Source: Nitrosarchaeum sp. | Lineage (GTDB): Archaea > Thermoproteota > Nitrososphaeria > Nitrososphaerales > Nitrosopumilaceae | Length of the DNA: 64,000 nucleotides | Assembly (NCBI GenBank): GCA_965223865.1 | Contig: OZ245020.1 | Span: 1,344,001 to 1,408,000 of the forward strand | Direction of reading: 5' to 3' | Part shown: positions 20,112-28,698 of the stretch, in pieces | Numbering within the stretch: position 1 is the stretch's first letter | Layout: the number at the start of each line of letters is the position of its first letter | The notes under the pieces: generated by a model | What the model was told of the DNA's origin: nothing | Seen by the model: the letters and a program-made list of their open reading frames with translations, nothing else | Databases searched by the model: none | Made by a program: the position numbers and the translations under genes

Positions 20112-20243
20112 ATGATAAATTGTGTGAAACCACCTGTTGGAATACCGGGAAAGGATGACTTTTGCATAATTAACTGCTGTCCTAAATGCAATCGACATTT
20201 TTTGATCGATGCAGAAATTGAGATCCACAAAAAATATTGTTGA
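20112..20243 (+). CDS. 43-aa C2HC zinc-finger microprotein (not in ORF track)
   Basis: MINCVKPPVGIPGKDDFCIINCCPKCNRHFLIDAEIEIHKKYC; C-x2-C-x12-H-x3-C spacing. Confidence 0.6.
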   Translation: MINCVKPPVGIPGKDDFCIINCCPKCNRHFLIDAEIEIHKKYC

Positions 20244-20358
20244 ACAATTCCTCCACTTTTGAGAACTTGTGGAGTTACTAGATGAAACTCTCAAAGATAT
20301 AATGCCTTCAAAATCAGTTCTCTGTTTATTCTTCTTTTTTTTTAATTTGCTGATGTTT

Positions 20359-20733
20359 TCATCTTTTTTTAGGATCCTCAGGATCTGTTATTGAAGCTAA
20401 TTCTGGTCTTGCCATCGTATAATAAACATGCATACAATTTTTTTCTCTACAAATTTGACACCATAAGCGACCATCTAGCAGTTTTACCTCTACGATGGAA
20501 TCTTTAAGATGCTTATCTCGAAGTAAGATTCCGTTTTTATCTGTACCTACAAAGGATAAATGAGCAGCATAACCCTTTAACCATTTGTCTTTTTCTATAG
20601 CTTGTAGTATTGTATCTAAAACCCATGAAGATAATTTTTTATCCTCAGAGGTTTGCTCCCATGCTTTTCTTATGATATCATGAGTTTTTTTGGCCATTGT
20701 CAAATTGATTTGACGTGCAGTACTTCTGGGCAT
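20359..20733 (-). CDS. putative regulator: RHH-like N-terminus plus C-terminal Zn site
   Basis: RQINLTMAKKTHDIIRKAW strand-helix pattern; LWCQICREKNCMHV (C-x2-C-x4-C-x-H, SWIM-like). Confidence 0.6.
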   Translation of the reverse strand: MPRSTARQINLTMAKKTHDIIRKAWEQTSEDKKLSSWVLDTILQAIEKDKWLKGYAAHLSFVGTDKNGILLRDKHLKDSIVEVKLLDGRLWCQICREKNCMHVYYTMARPELASITDPEDPKKR

Positions 20734-20941
20734 ATGTTTTATCAGACCTACTAGATTTTTAATATTTTGATCGCACCTATTGGCATATTTTTTTTAATAA
20801 TATACACAAAATTTAATAGCCTGTACTATTAATATTAGTACATAATAAAATGATTGCTATTGTTAATATATTAAATTGTGAATTAGATAAAAAAAATAAC
20901 TCTACAAAAAATTTCTTAGTTTTAATGGAACCTGCTGAATT

Positions 20942-22705
20942 ATGTGTTCGATAATTGGATGTGTTTCAAACTCTGATGCATCTGTACCAATAGTAAAAGC
21001 TCTTCGAAGAATGGAATATAGAGGATATGATAGTGTAGGAATAGCTACTAATCAGGGTTCAGAAATATTGGTAAAAAAAGGAATAGGTAAGGTAAATAAT
21101 GTCAATACAAATCTTCACCTTGATACTTTACCCGGACATGTTGGAATAGGTCATACTAGATGGGCTACACACGGAAAAGTTAATACTAAAAACGCACATC
21201 CTCATCTCTGTGCAGATAATTCCATAGCTGTTGTTCATAATGGAATAATTGAAAACTATTCTGATTTAAAAAAAGAAATTGAAAAAACAGGAGTTAAATT
21301 TAGAAGTGATACGGATACCGAAGTAATTCCAAATCTTATGGGATTGAATTTTCAAAAATCAGGAAACATTAAAGAGATGTTAATGAAGACTTGTGCTAGT
21401 CTGAAAGGACAATACAGTTTTGTAGGTATGGTAAAAAATGGCCCATTAGTAGCTGCCAGATTCCATGAGCCTCTAATTATCGGAATAGGAAAAGACGAAT
21501 ATTTTCTTTCAAGTGATGTCTTAGGCTTTATCGAAAAAACTGATCAAGCAATTTATCTTAAAAATGAACAATTTGTAATAATGGATGATAAAGGATTTCA
21601 AATTTATGATTTTAAAGGTAATCCAGCTCCATATGAGACAGTCACAGTTTCAAAACAATTCCATGATTTTGACAAGAAGGGATTTGAGCATTTTACAAGA
21701 AAAGAAATCTTTGAACAACCCACTACAATTCAAAATTCAGTAAATAATCCAAGTAATAACTGGAAAACTTTTGCAGATATAATTCAAAAATCTTCAAATG
21801 TCTATATTACTGGTAGTGGAACTAGTTATAATACTGCACTTGTTGCAAAGTACCTATTTCCAACACATACAGCAACTTCGCCTGAAACCATAATGTCAAG
21901 TGAAATGAACTATTCACAAAATAGACTGAAAAAAAATTCGTTATTAATTGCCATATCACAAAGTGGAGAAAGTGCAGATGTGTTAGAGGCAGCATCCATT
22001 GCTAGACAAAAAGGTTTGAATGTCATATCTATTGTAAATTCTCTGACTTCTTCACTTGAAAGAGAATCAGATGCGGCATTAGGACTACATTGTGGACCTG
22101 AAATAGGAGTAGCTGCCACTAAAAGCTTTACTTCTCAATTGGTAATTTTTTATAAAATTATGGAGCATCTTTCTGATCAAAATCTAGCATTTGATTTTGC
22201 TCTAGTTTCAAAGGCAATATCTAAAATTCTCGATGAAGAGCCAAGTATAATGAAACTTGCAAAAGAGCTAAAACACGCTTCAGACATTTACATATTGGGA
22301 AGAGGAATTCATTATCCAATCGCAAAAGAAGGCGCACTAAAAATAAAAGAACTATCATACATTCATGCTGAAGGCTTTCCAACTGGAGAATTAAAACATG
22401 GGCCTCTTGCCTTAATGGACAAATCATGTTTTGTTATTGTTATAAACCCTGAGGACAGTGCATATCAAGATAACATATCTAATATTTTAGAAGTCAAATC
22501 ACGCGGTGCAAAAATAATCGGTATTTCAAATAAAAATCACGAAACATATGATTATTGGATTAAAATTCCTAAAATGGACCCAGATATACTTTATCCACTA
22601 GTAGAAATAATTCCGTTCCAACTATTAGCATATTATACTGCTTTAGAAAGAGGAGAGGATCCTGATTATCCAAGAAATCTAGCAAAATGCGTTACTGTAA
22701 AATAA
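20942..22705 (+). CDS. glmS: glutamine-fructose-6-phosphate aminotransferase (isomerizing)
   Basis: N-terminal Cys, EYRGYDS, GHTRWATHG, SQSGES, VAATKSF, GELKHGP, PRNLAKCVTV. Confidence 0.95.
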   Translation: MCSIIGCVSNSDASVPIVKALRRMEYRGYDSVGIATNQGSEILVKKGIGKVNNVNTNLHLDTLPGHVGIGHTRWATHGKVNTKNAHPHLCADNSIAVVHNGIIENYSDLKKEIEKTGVKFRSDTDTEVIPNLMGLNFQKSGNIKEMLMKTCASLKGQYSFVGMVKNGPLVAARFHEPLIIGIGKDEYFLSSDVLGFIEKTDQAIYLKNEQFVIMDDKGFQIYDFKGNPAPYETVTVSKQFHDFDKKGFEHFTRKEIFEQPTTIQNSVNNPSNNWKTFADIIQKSSNVYITGSGTSYNTALVAKYLFPTHTATSPETIMSSEMNYSQNRLKKNSLLIAISQSGESADVLEAASIARQKGLNVISIVNSLTSSLERESDAALGLHCGPEIGVAATKSFTSQLVIFYKIMEHLSDQNLAFDFALVSKAISKILDEEPSIMKLAKELKHASDIYILGRGIHYPIAKEGALKIKELSYIHAEGFPTGELKHGPLALMDKSCFVIVINPEDSAYQDNISNILEVKSRGAKIIGISNKNHETYDYWIKIPKMDPDILYPLVEIIPFQLLAYYTALERGEDPDYPRNLAKCVTVK

Positions 22706-22921
22706 AATAAATCTTCTTAAAATTAATTTTAAAACCATCAAAATCGATGCCTTCATTAATTTCTGATAGAATTTGTCATTAAATCATATGGTGAATTAAA
22801 CTTCATTGGGATTTTTATTTTTAATTATTAGTAAACCTCCTAGGAACAATTTTTTTCAATGTTTCGCTAATTCGAAAATCAAATAAACCCTTTAAAATAT
22901 ACAAAATAAAGGTAATTATTC

Positions 22922-23344
22922 ATGAAACAAAAAACAGCATCAAGAAATATCAAGATTCTAGTAGCAAAATTAGGACTCGATGGTCATGATAGAGGCGCTT
23001 TAGTGCTTTGTAGGGCCTTTAGAGATGCCGGGATGGAAGTTATCTATTCAGGATTATTTGCAACACCAGAAAGAGTAGCACAAATTGCTGAAGATGAAGA
23101 TGTAGATGCAATTGCAATGAGCCTTCTTAATGGAGCACATGGAACCTTATTCCCAAGAGTAGTAAAGGCATTAAAAAAGAAGGGAATCAAAGACGTTCTT
23201 GTCGTTGGAGGCGGGGTAATTCCAGAAGTAGATCACAAGGCATTAACCAAAGCAGGTATTGATCATGTATTTGGTCCAGGAACACCATTACCTACAATCA
23301 TCGATCATATCACATTAGGTGTTTCAAAATTAAGAAAGATTTAG
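22922..23344 (+). CDS. methylmalonyl-CoA mutase cobalamin-binding (small) subunit
   Basis: AKLGLDGHDRG (DxHxxG), SLL, GGGVIP, FGPGT. Confidence 0.93.
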   Translation: MKQKTASRNIKILVAKLGLDGHDRGALVLCRAFRDAGMEVIYSGLFATPERVAQIAEDEDVDAIAMSLLNGAHGTLFPRVVKALKKKGIKDVLVVGGGVIPEVDHKALTKAGIDHVFGPGTPLPTIIDHITLGVSKLRKI

Positions 23345-23347
23345 GAA

Positions 23348-23533
23348 CTATTCTACACTAAAGGAATCACATCCAGAAGTACAAGGCTTATTCATTACGC
23401 CTTCACATTTTCCAAATTCATCATGCATGATTCTATGATGCCCACATATTCTACATTTTTCTCTAAAATAAGAAATAAGTTCTTTCTCTGATAGTTCTGA
23501 CTTTACAATTTTAATTTCTGTTGAATCTGCCAT
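23348..23533 (-). CDS. small Cys/His-rich metal-binding protein
   Basis: CRICGHHRIMHDEFGKC..PCTSGCDSF. Confidence 0.65.
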   Translation of the reverse strand: MADSTEIKIVKSELSEKELISYFREKCRICGHHRIMHDEFGKCEGVMNKPCTSGCDSFSVE

Positions 23534-23595
23534 TTCAAATACTGTAACTCATTGTTCTTGATAAATATTCAAAAAAATAAGGAAAAATGATTTGA

Positions 23596-24498
23596 CTAAA
23601 CCCTTGGAATAATACTTAGTTTCGACTTTGCAGATACTGCAATTATAGATATTATTGCAACTGCCAGTATCATTGCCGCAATTGTTCCAAACTCAGGAAC
23701 TACATTAAAGTATAGTATTTCACCTGTAGGCCCAGTCCAATTTGCCTCATCTTCAGGTAACCCAAATCCAAGTAACATTACTTCAATGTCCACTGCATCA
23801 TCAGATGCTAATGGTGCTGTTGTATGCATTCCATTTCCTTCATGTTCGTGAGCTCCTAAAACAGAAAGAATTTTGTCGTCATTTTGTGTTGCACTGATAT
23901 CATAATTGGCATGTTGAATTAATCCACCACCACTTGAATCTCTGAATTTTATGTCAATAGACATTGATTCATTTGCAACAGGATTACTTGATGTTATCTC
24001 TACTCGTACTTTTCCATCTGAAGACATTCCTGTAACTGTAGTTTCTTCTGTAGATGGTGCTTCTACTACAAGTGTGGCTGTAGGTTGGGCACCTGCTTCC
24101 TGAACAACTACAATTCCTTGCATCCATGGATGAACCATGCAGAAGTAGTCGTAGTTACCAGGTTCGTAACCGTCGAACTTGACAGAAAATGTAGATCCTG
24201 CCATGAACAAGCTACTATCAAATAGACCATCAGGTCCATCAGCTGGAGTTCCAGATGTTACAGTATGTGCTGCAGTGTCATCATTTGTCCATGTGACTTC
24301 ACCACCAACATCGATTGTTACCTCGTATGGAAGATAACATTCGTTTGTTTCTTCACATCCTGGAACTGAGGTACCTGCAGGAGTACTAACAGTTGCAGTC
24401 GGATAATCTGCAAATACAGGCGAAGCACTAAGCATAATAGCAGTTACAAATACTGCCATAAATGGAAATACCGTTTTTGTTTGTATTTTCATTAACAA
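23596..24498 (-). CDS. PEFG-CTERM-anchored blue copper (cupredoxin) protein
   Basis: signal peptide, WTNDDTAAHTVTSG, YFCMVHPWM type 1 Cu ligands, C-terminal VPEFG + TM + basic tail. Confidence 0.9.
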   Translation of the reverse strand: MLMKIQTKTVFPFMAVFVTAIMLSASPVFADYPTATVSTPAGTSVPGCEETNECYLPYEVTIDVGGEVTWTNDDTAAHTVTSGTPADGPDGLFDSSLFMAGSTFSVKFDGYEPGNYDYFCMVHPWMQGIVVVQEAGAQPTATLVVEAPSTEETTVTGMSSDGKVRVEITSSNPVANESMSIDIKFRDSSGGGLIQHANYDISATQNDDKILSVLGAHEHEGNGMHTTAPLASDDAVDIEVMLLGFGLPEDEANWTGPTGEILYFNVVPEFGTIAAMILAVAIISIIAVSAKSKLSIIPRV

Positions 24499-24647
24499 AA
24501 ATTTGTACAGAAAGATAAAAAACTTGTTGTTATGATTGGAGTAAGTATCCGTTTGATAATTTTAGTATTTTTTTGTATAGAATAATTTTACTTTTTAGAA
24601 TTAAATAAAATAAAACGATTTTGAATAATTCCCAGCATTTTTTGAAA

Positions 24648-25646
24648 TTATTCAGTGGAATCAGGCCACATCATTTTGCGCATTTCTTTACCAACTTCTT
24701 CAATTTGGTGTGCATCATACTCTTTCATGTATTTGTCAAATGCATCTTTGCCATTTTTTTGATATTCAGAAATCCATTCGTTGTTAAAGGTACCGTCTTG
24801 AATCATGGTAAGAACTTTCTTCATGTTCTCTTTGTTTGTACTATCCATGACCATTGGGCCACGAGTTAAACCACCATATCTTGCAGTCTCACTTACACGT
24901 CTCCACATACCATTGATTCCATATCTTTGAATCATATCTACGATGAGTTTTAGTTCATGTAACACCTCAAAGTATGCAATTTCTGGTTGATATCCTGCCT
25001 CAACTAGAGTTTCAAATGCATTTGTAACCATGGAAGCTGCTCCACCGCAAAGGTCAGCTTGTTCGCCAAACCAATCAGTCTCGACTTCTTCTTTAAAGGT
25101 AGTTTTAATTAATCCAGCTCTTGCACTTCCTATCGCTTTTGCAATTCCTAGTGTTCGGTCCCATGCCTTTCCTGTAAAGTCTTGATCAACTGCAACAATT
25201 GATGGAGTACCAAAATTATCAAGATATGTCTCTCTTACTTTTGAACCCGGTCCTTTTGGTGCAATCATAATAAGATCAACGTTATTTGGTGCTTCAATCC
25301 ATTTCCAATAGATTGCAGCTGCATGTGAAAATGAAAGTGCCTTTCCTTCAGAAAGATTTGGTCCAATATCATCTTGGTACACTTGACCTTGAATCATATC
25401 CGGAATTAATATATGAATGATATCTGCTTGTTTTGTAGCATCTGCAACAGACATTACTTTATGACCGTCGGATTCGGCTTTTTTCCAGCTGTTACCCCCT
25501 TCCTTAAGACCGATTATTACATTGAGGCCAGAGTCTTTCATGTTGTTTGCCTGAGCATCACCTTGTATTCCGTAACCAATTACAGCAATTGTTTGATCTT
25601 TAATTGGGTCGATGCTAATTTCGTTATCTTTCCATGTTTTTGCCAT
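24648..25646 (-). CDS. ilvC: ketol-acid reductoisomerase
   Basis: IGYGIQG, APKGPG, ETDWFGEQADLCGG, AYFEVLHELKLIVD, SETARYG. Confidence 0.95.
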   Translation of the reverse strand: MAKTWKDNEISIDPIKDQTIAVIGYGIQGDAQANNMKDSGLNVIIGLKEGGNSWKKAESDGHKVMSVADATKQADIIHILIPDMIQGQVYQDDIGPNLSEGKALSFSHAAAIYWKWIEAPNNVDLIMIAPKGPGSKVRETYLDNFGTPSIVAVDQDFTGKAWDRTLGIAKAIGSARAGLIKTTFKEEVETDWFGEQADLCGGAASMVTNAFETLVEAGYQPEIAYFEVLHELKLIVDMIQRYGINGMWRRVSETARYGGLTRGPMVMDSTNKENMKKVLTMIQDGTFNNEWISEYQKNGKDAFDKYMKEYDAHQIEEVGKEMRKMMWPDSTE

Positions 25647-25685
25647 GATTAGATACTAAAATACTGCAAATATTAACTATGGAAT

Positions 25686-25805
25686 TTAGATTTCAATAAT
25701 CTTGTCACAAGAGCGGCATTTCACAGTTACTTTCTCACCGGATAACCGTACAAATCTCTTTGAACCACAATTTGGACAAATAGGGCAAGCTCGTATAGGT
25801 TCCAT
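25686..25805 (-). CDS. 39-aa zinc-ribbon microprotein (not in ORF track)
   Basis: MEPIRACPICPNCGSKRFVRLSGEKVTVKCRSCDKIIEI; TAATG overlap with the NMN adenylyltransferase stop. Confidence 0.75.
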   Translation of the reverse strand: MEPIRACPICPNCGSKRFVRLSGEKVTVKCRSCDKIIEI

Positions 25806-26335
25806 TAATGTTCAGTGGGTTTTGTATCGGATACAGAGATTACCTTTAGTCTATTTGCACCATTAATTTTTTCAATGTGTTGTGAAACTGCTTTTGGCAC
25901 AATCTCTTGCCAGTTTTCATCATTAATTATCATTGAGCGAATTTTGGTTGCGTTGTATTGTTCTCTATCTAAAAATTTAGGAGGTACAACTTTAATTTCA
26001 GAGTCAGCTAAAAGCATAGAAACATAATCATTTCCACTATACACTTTATCAAATTGCGGCAATGCAGCCTTGAGATAAGATGCCCAGGTTGCGATATTGA
26101 ATTGATTTTCAATTCCAATGACAAAACATCGTGATAGATCAACATCAGATTCTTTTAAAGAGTTATGAATCATTTCAATTCTTTCGCCAGCTGTAAAAGG
26201 ATCTTTTTCTAAATAGTTAAACTGAGAGCTAGTAACTGCAATAATTATCTCATCACATTCATCTAGTATTTTTTTTACTAAATCCAAATGTCCTAAATGA
26301 AAAGGCTGGAATCTGCCCATCATTAACCCTCGCAT
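25805..26335 (-). CDS. nadM: nicotinamide-nucleotide adenylyltransferase
   Basis: GRFQPFHLGH, PFTAGERIEMI, NATKIR. Confidence 0.92.
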   Translation of the reverse strand: MRGLMMGRFQPFHLGHLDLVKKILDECDEIIIAVTSSQFNYLEKDPFTAGERIEMIHNSLKESDVDLSRCFVIGIENQFNIATWASYLKAALPQFDKVYSGNDYVSMLLADSEIKVVPPKFLDREQYNATKIRSMIINDENWQEIVPKAVSQHIEKINGANRLKVISVSDTKPTEH

Positions 26336-26406
26336 AATTTGAGATTAATTTTGGTTTAATTAAATCAGTCCATCATTGACGAATATTACTATTTTGTAAA
26401 AAAATT

Positions 26407-27330
26407 CTATTTGATTTGACCGCTTCCAACAATTCGAATTGTAGTTGACTCTGGTTTCAAAATCACAGCAATATCTCCTGAATTACAAACTATGGGCTTT
26501 TCAAAGTATAATTTCAACGGTGAAATTGACGAGAATTTTGCAGCTCTTATTTGCAAACCAATACTGACAAGACATCCTTGATTTTCAGCTATTTCTCCTT
26601 TGTAATACTGATTTTTTGTAAAATCCAGCTCGATTTCAGATTTTACCTTAACTGAATCGCCTTCAGAAATCACATCTCCTCTTCCAACATCGTCTGGTTT
26701 TGCACCTTTTACTGCAAGACCAACTCTTGCAGGACACACAGATTCATCAACAGGGTCATCGTGCATTTGAATAGATTTTATCATAACATCAATTCCTGCA
26801 GGGTAAAGTTTTAGATTATCATATTGCTTTATTTTTCCAGATGTAACTTTTCCCAGAATTACTGTCCCTACACCTTTTACATCAAAACAATGGTCAATTA
26901 TCATCTTTGATTTTCCTTCAATTGAAATTGGCTCAAATTTGTCAATCTCTTCTTTAATCTTGTTTTGGTCTATCTTTGCATATTTTTCTAGAACCGTTCC
27001 TTTGATCATTGCCTCTAATCTTGATTCATCTACATCAAAGGTATGCGATAAAACTCCTTTGTCTTTTTTTAGAGAATCCAGTGCTAGGATTTGTTCACCT
27101 GTGAATTTATCAAGTTTATCAACATGAAAGATTACAAACTCTGCAAGGTTAATTGCTTGAAACAATGGTTGAATTTTGTCAGGGAATCCGTTTGGAGTAA
27201 CCCACGTTTTAATTATATCTGATTCTTTTCTGTCATACAGAGAAAGATCTGTTACTGTTCCTTTTTTGCCAAACTCTGACGCAATGTCTTGTTTTCCTAA
27301 AACTACAAAGTTAATGGATTTTACCAACAA
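26407..27330 (-). CDS. EF-Tu/SelB-like protein with degenerate G domain (SelB-like family)
   Basis: domain II motifs IDHCFDVKGVGTVILG, IKSIQMHD, RVGLAVKG, RGDVI; GKKGT but no GxxxxGKS/T P-loop. Confidence 0.8.
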   Translation of the reverse strand: MLVKSINFVVLGKQDIASEFGKKGTVTDLSLYDRKESDIIKTWVTPNGFPDKIQPLFQAINLAEFVIFHVDKLDKFTGEQILALDSLKKDKGVLSHTFDVDESRLEAMIKGTVLEKYAKIDQNKIKEEIDKFEPISIEGKSKMIIDHCFDVKGVGTVILGKVTSGKIKQYDNLKLYPAGIDVMIKSIQMHDDPVDESVCPARVGLAVKGAKPDDVGRGDVISEGDSVKVKSEIELDFTKNQYYKGEIAENQGCLVSIGLQIRAAKFSSISPLKLYFEKPIVCNSGDIAVILKPESTTIRIVGSGQIK

Positions 27331-27480
27331 GTTTTGAGCTAAAAATCGACCTTATGAAGTTTTGAATTTTTTGTGGCCAAATGTTTCTCATAAAATATGT
27401 CTTAACAGTTTTGATTCAAGATCGATTAAAGATTTTATTTTGATTCAAAAACGGACATTTTTTAAAATTTATATTGATAT

Positions 27481-27771
27481 TTGGATCGCCAAGTTTTTAC
27501 GCATGTAATATTGATGATTATATCGTTGAAGATCAAAATTTTGCAAAATGACAATATCATTCGGATTTATCATTCTCCCAAGGACGTAGTAGTCAAACCT
27601 AAAGGAAAGAGAGTAGAGCTGTATGATAGCAATGGTCTTCTGACTGACTCTTATGATCTAATTGATAAAAATTTGTCATGGCTAGAAGATAACGAAACTG
27701 ACTGTTCTGAAATATTGCTGACTTTGACTGTAGGAAAGCAAGTTTCTCAAGAAAATGTCAATTACGTCTAA
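27481..27771 (+). CDS. hypothetical protein
   Basis: ORF with beta-rich pattern; true start probably further downstream. Confidence 0.55.
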   Translation: MDRQVFTHVILMIISLKIKILQNDNIIRIYHSPKDVVVKPKGKRVELYDSNGLLTDSYDLIDKNLSWLEDNETDCSEILLTLTVGKQVSQENVNYV

Positions 27772-27941
27772 AATACAGTAAATTTAATCTTCAGTAAATT
27801 TGAAAATTTCAAGAATTTCTCAATTTCTATTTCTAATCTAAAGAAAACTAACCACAACTTTTCTAGGCGATCAAAAGTTTCTAATTACTGAAAAATCTAA
27901 GTTATGGAAATTAAAAATAATTAATATTTGGCAGATTCAAA

Positions 27942-28697
27942 TTATGGGAATTTTGTTAATACTGCAGCATAACTTGCAAATCGATGGTTTTTGGGTTTTA
28001 CTGATTTTTGATGATATTTTGAGACAGTCTTTCCTGTGGCTCCGTTTAAACCTAATGGACCTTTTACAAACTTGTGTTTATTTGCCCAGGACAAAACTTC
28101 ATCATTTGGACTAAAGTAGTTTGTTATTTTTTTAGAGACTATCATGTCAAGTAACCTTCCATATTTTTTTGAAGAAGGTATGTCTTCAGTTATTGAGGCA
28201 CCAAAAAAATAAACACTCTCAATAATTCCTTTGTTTTGAGGTTTTTTTGATAGATGTTCTATTGTACTTAAGATAACCTGTGAGCCCAAAGAGTGGCCCA
28301 TTAATCGGATTTTAGTTTGTGGGTTTTCTTTTTTGAAATCCTGTATGAATAAGGAAAGATTACGACCGTTTTTCTTTGCAATTAATTGTCCTGCAGCAAG
28401 CGAACGCTTTGCATATTTTAGCAAGTGTGCTCCCTTAGTGTTGGAATCATAACTATATCCAATTATCGGAAAAGAGTACCCCAGACGTTTTAATCTATTT
28501 CTTGCAATTACTACTTTAGCAATAGATCCTTCATTGTTGTTTCTCAAACCATGAATCATTATAGTTAATTCTTTTGTTCCAGTTAATTTTTCAAATTCTT
28601 TTTTTGGATATAAAAAATATGACTTTTTTTTCAAGGTTTTTCCATGAGTCAAATCATAATAACCTCTAGTTGAGATACGTGGAATATTTTTTTTCAT
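27942..28697 (-). CDS. alpha/beta hydrolase (DUF726/DUF900-like)
   Basis: MIHGL, GHSLG nucleophile elbow, NYFSPNDEVL, LGLNG, C-terminal His. Confidence 0.8.
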   Translation of the reverse strand: MKKNIPRISTRGYYDLTHGKTLKKKSYFLYPKKEFEKLTGTKELTIMIHGLRNNNEGSIAKVVIARNRLKRLGYSFPIIGYSYDSNTKGAHLLKYAKRSLAAGQLIAKKNGRNLSLFIQDFKKENPQTKIRLMGHSLGSQVILSTIEHLSKKPQNKGIIESVYFFGASITEDIPSSKKYGRLLDMIVSKKITNYFSPNDEVLSWANKHKFVKGPLGLNGATGKTVSKYHQKSVKPKNHRFASYAAVLTKFP

Positions 28698-28698
28698 T

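Noticed and set aside
20100-20294. Minus-strand 64-aa ORF from the track
   Set aside because: Antisense to the more convincing plus-strand C2HC finger ORF; weak TTG start
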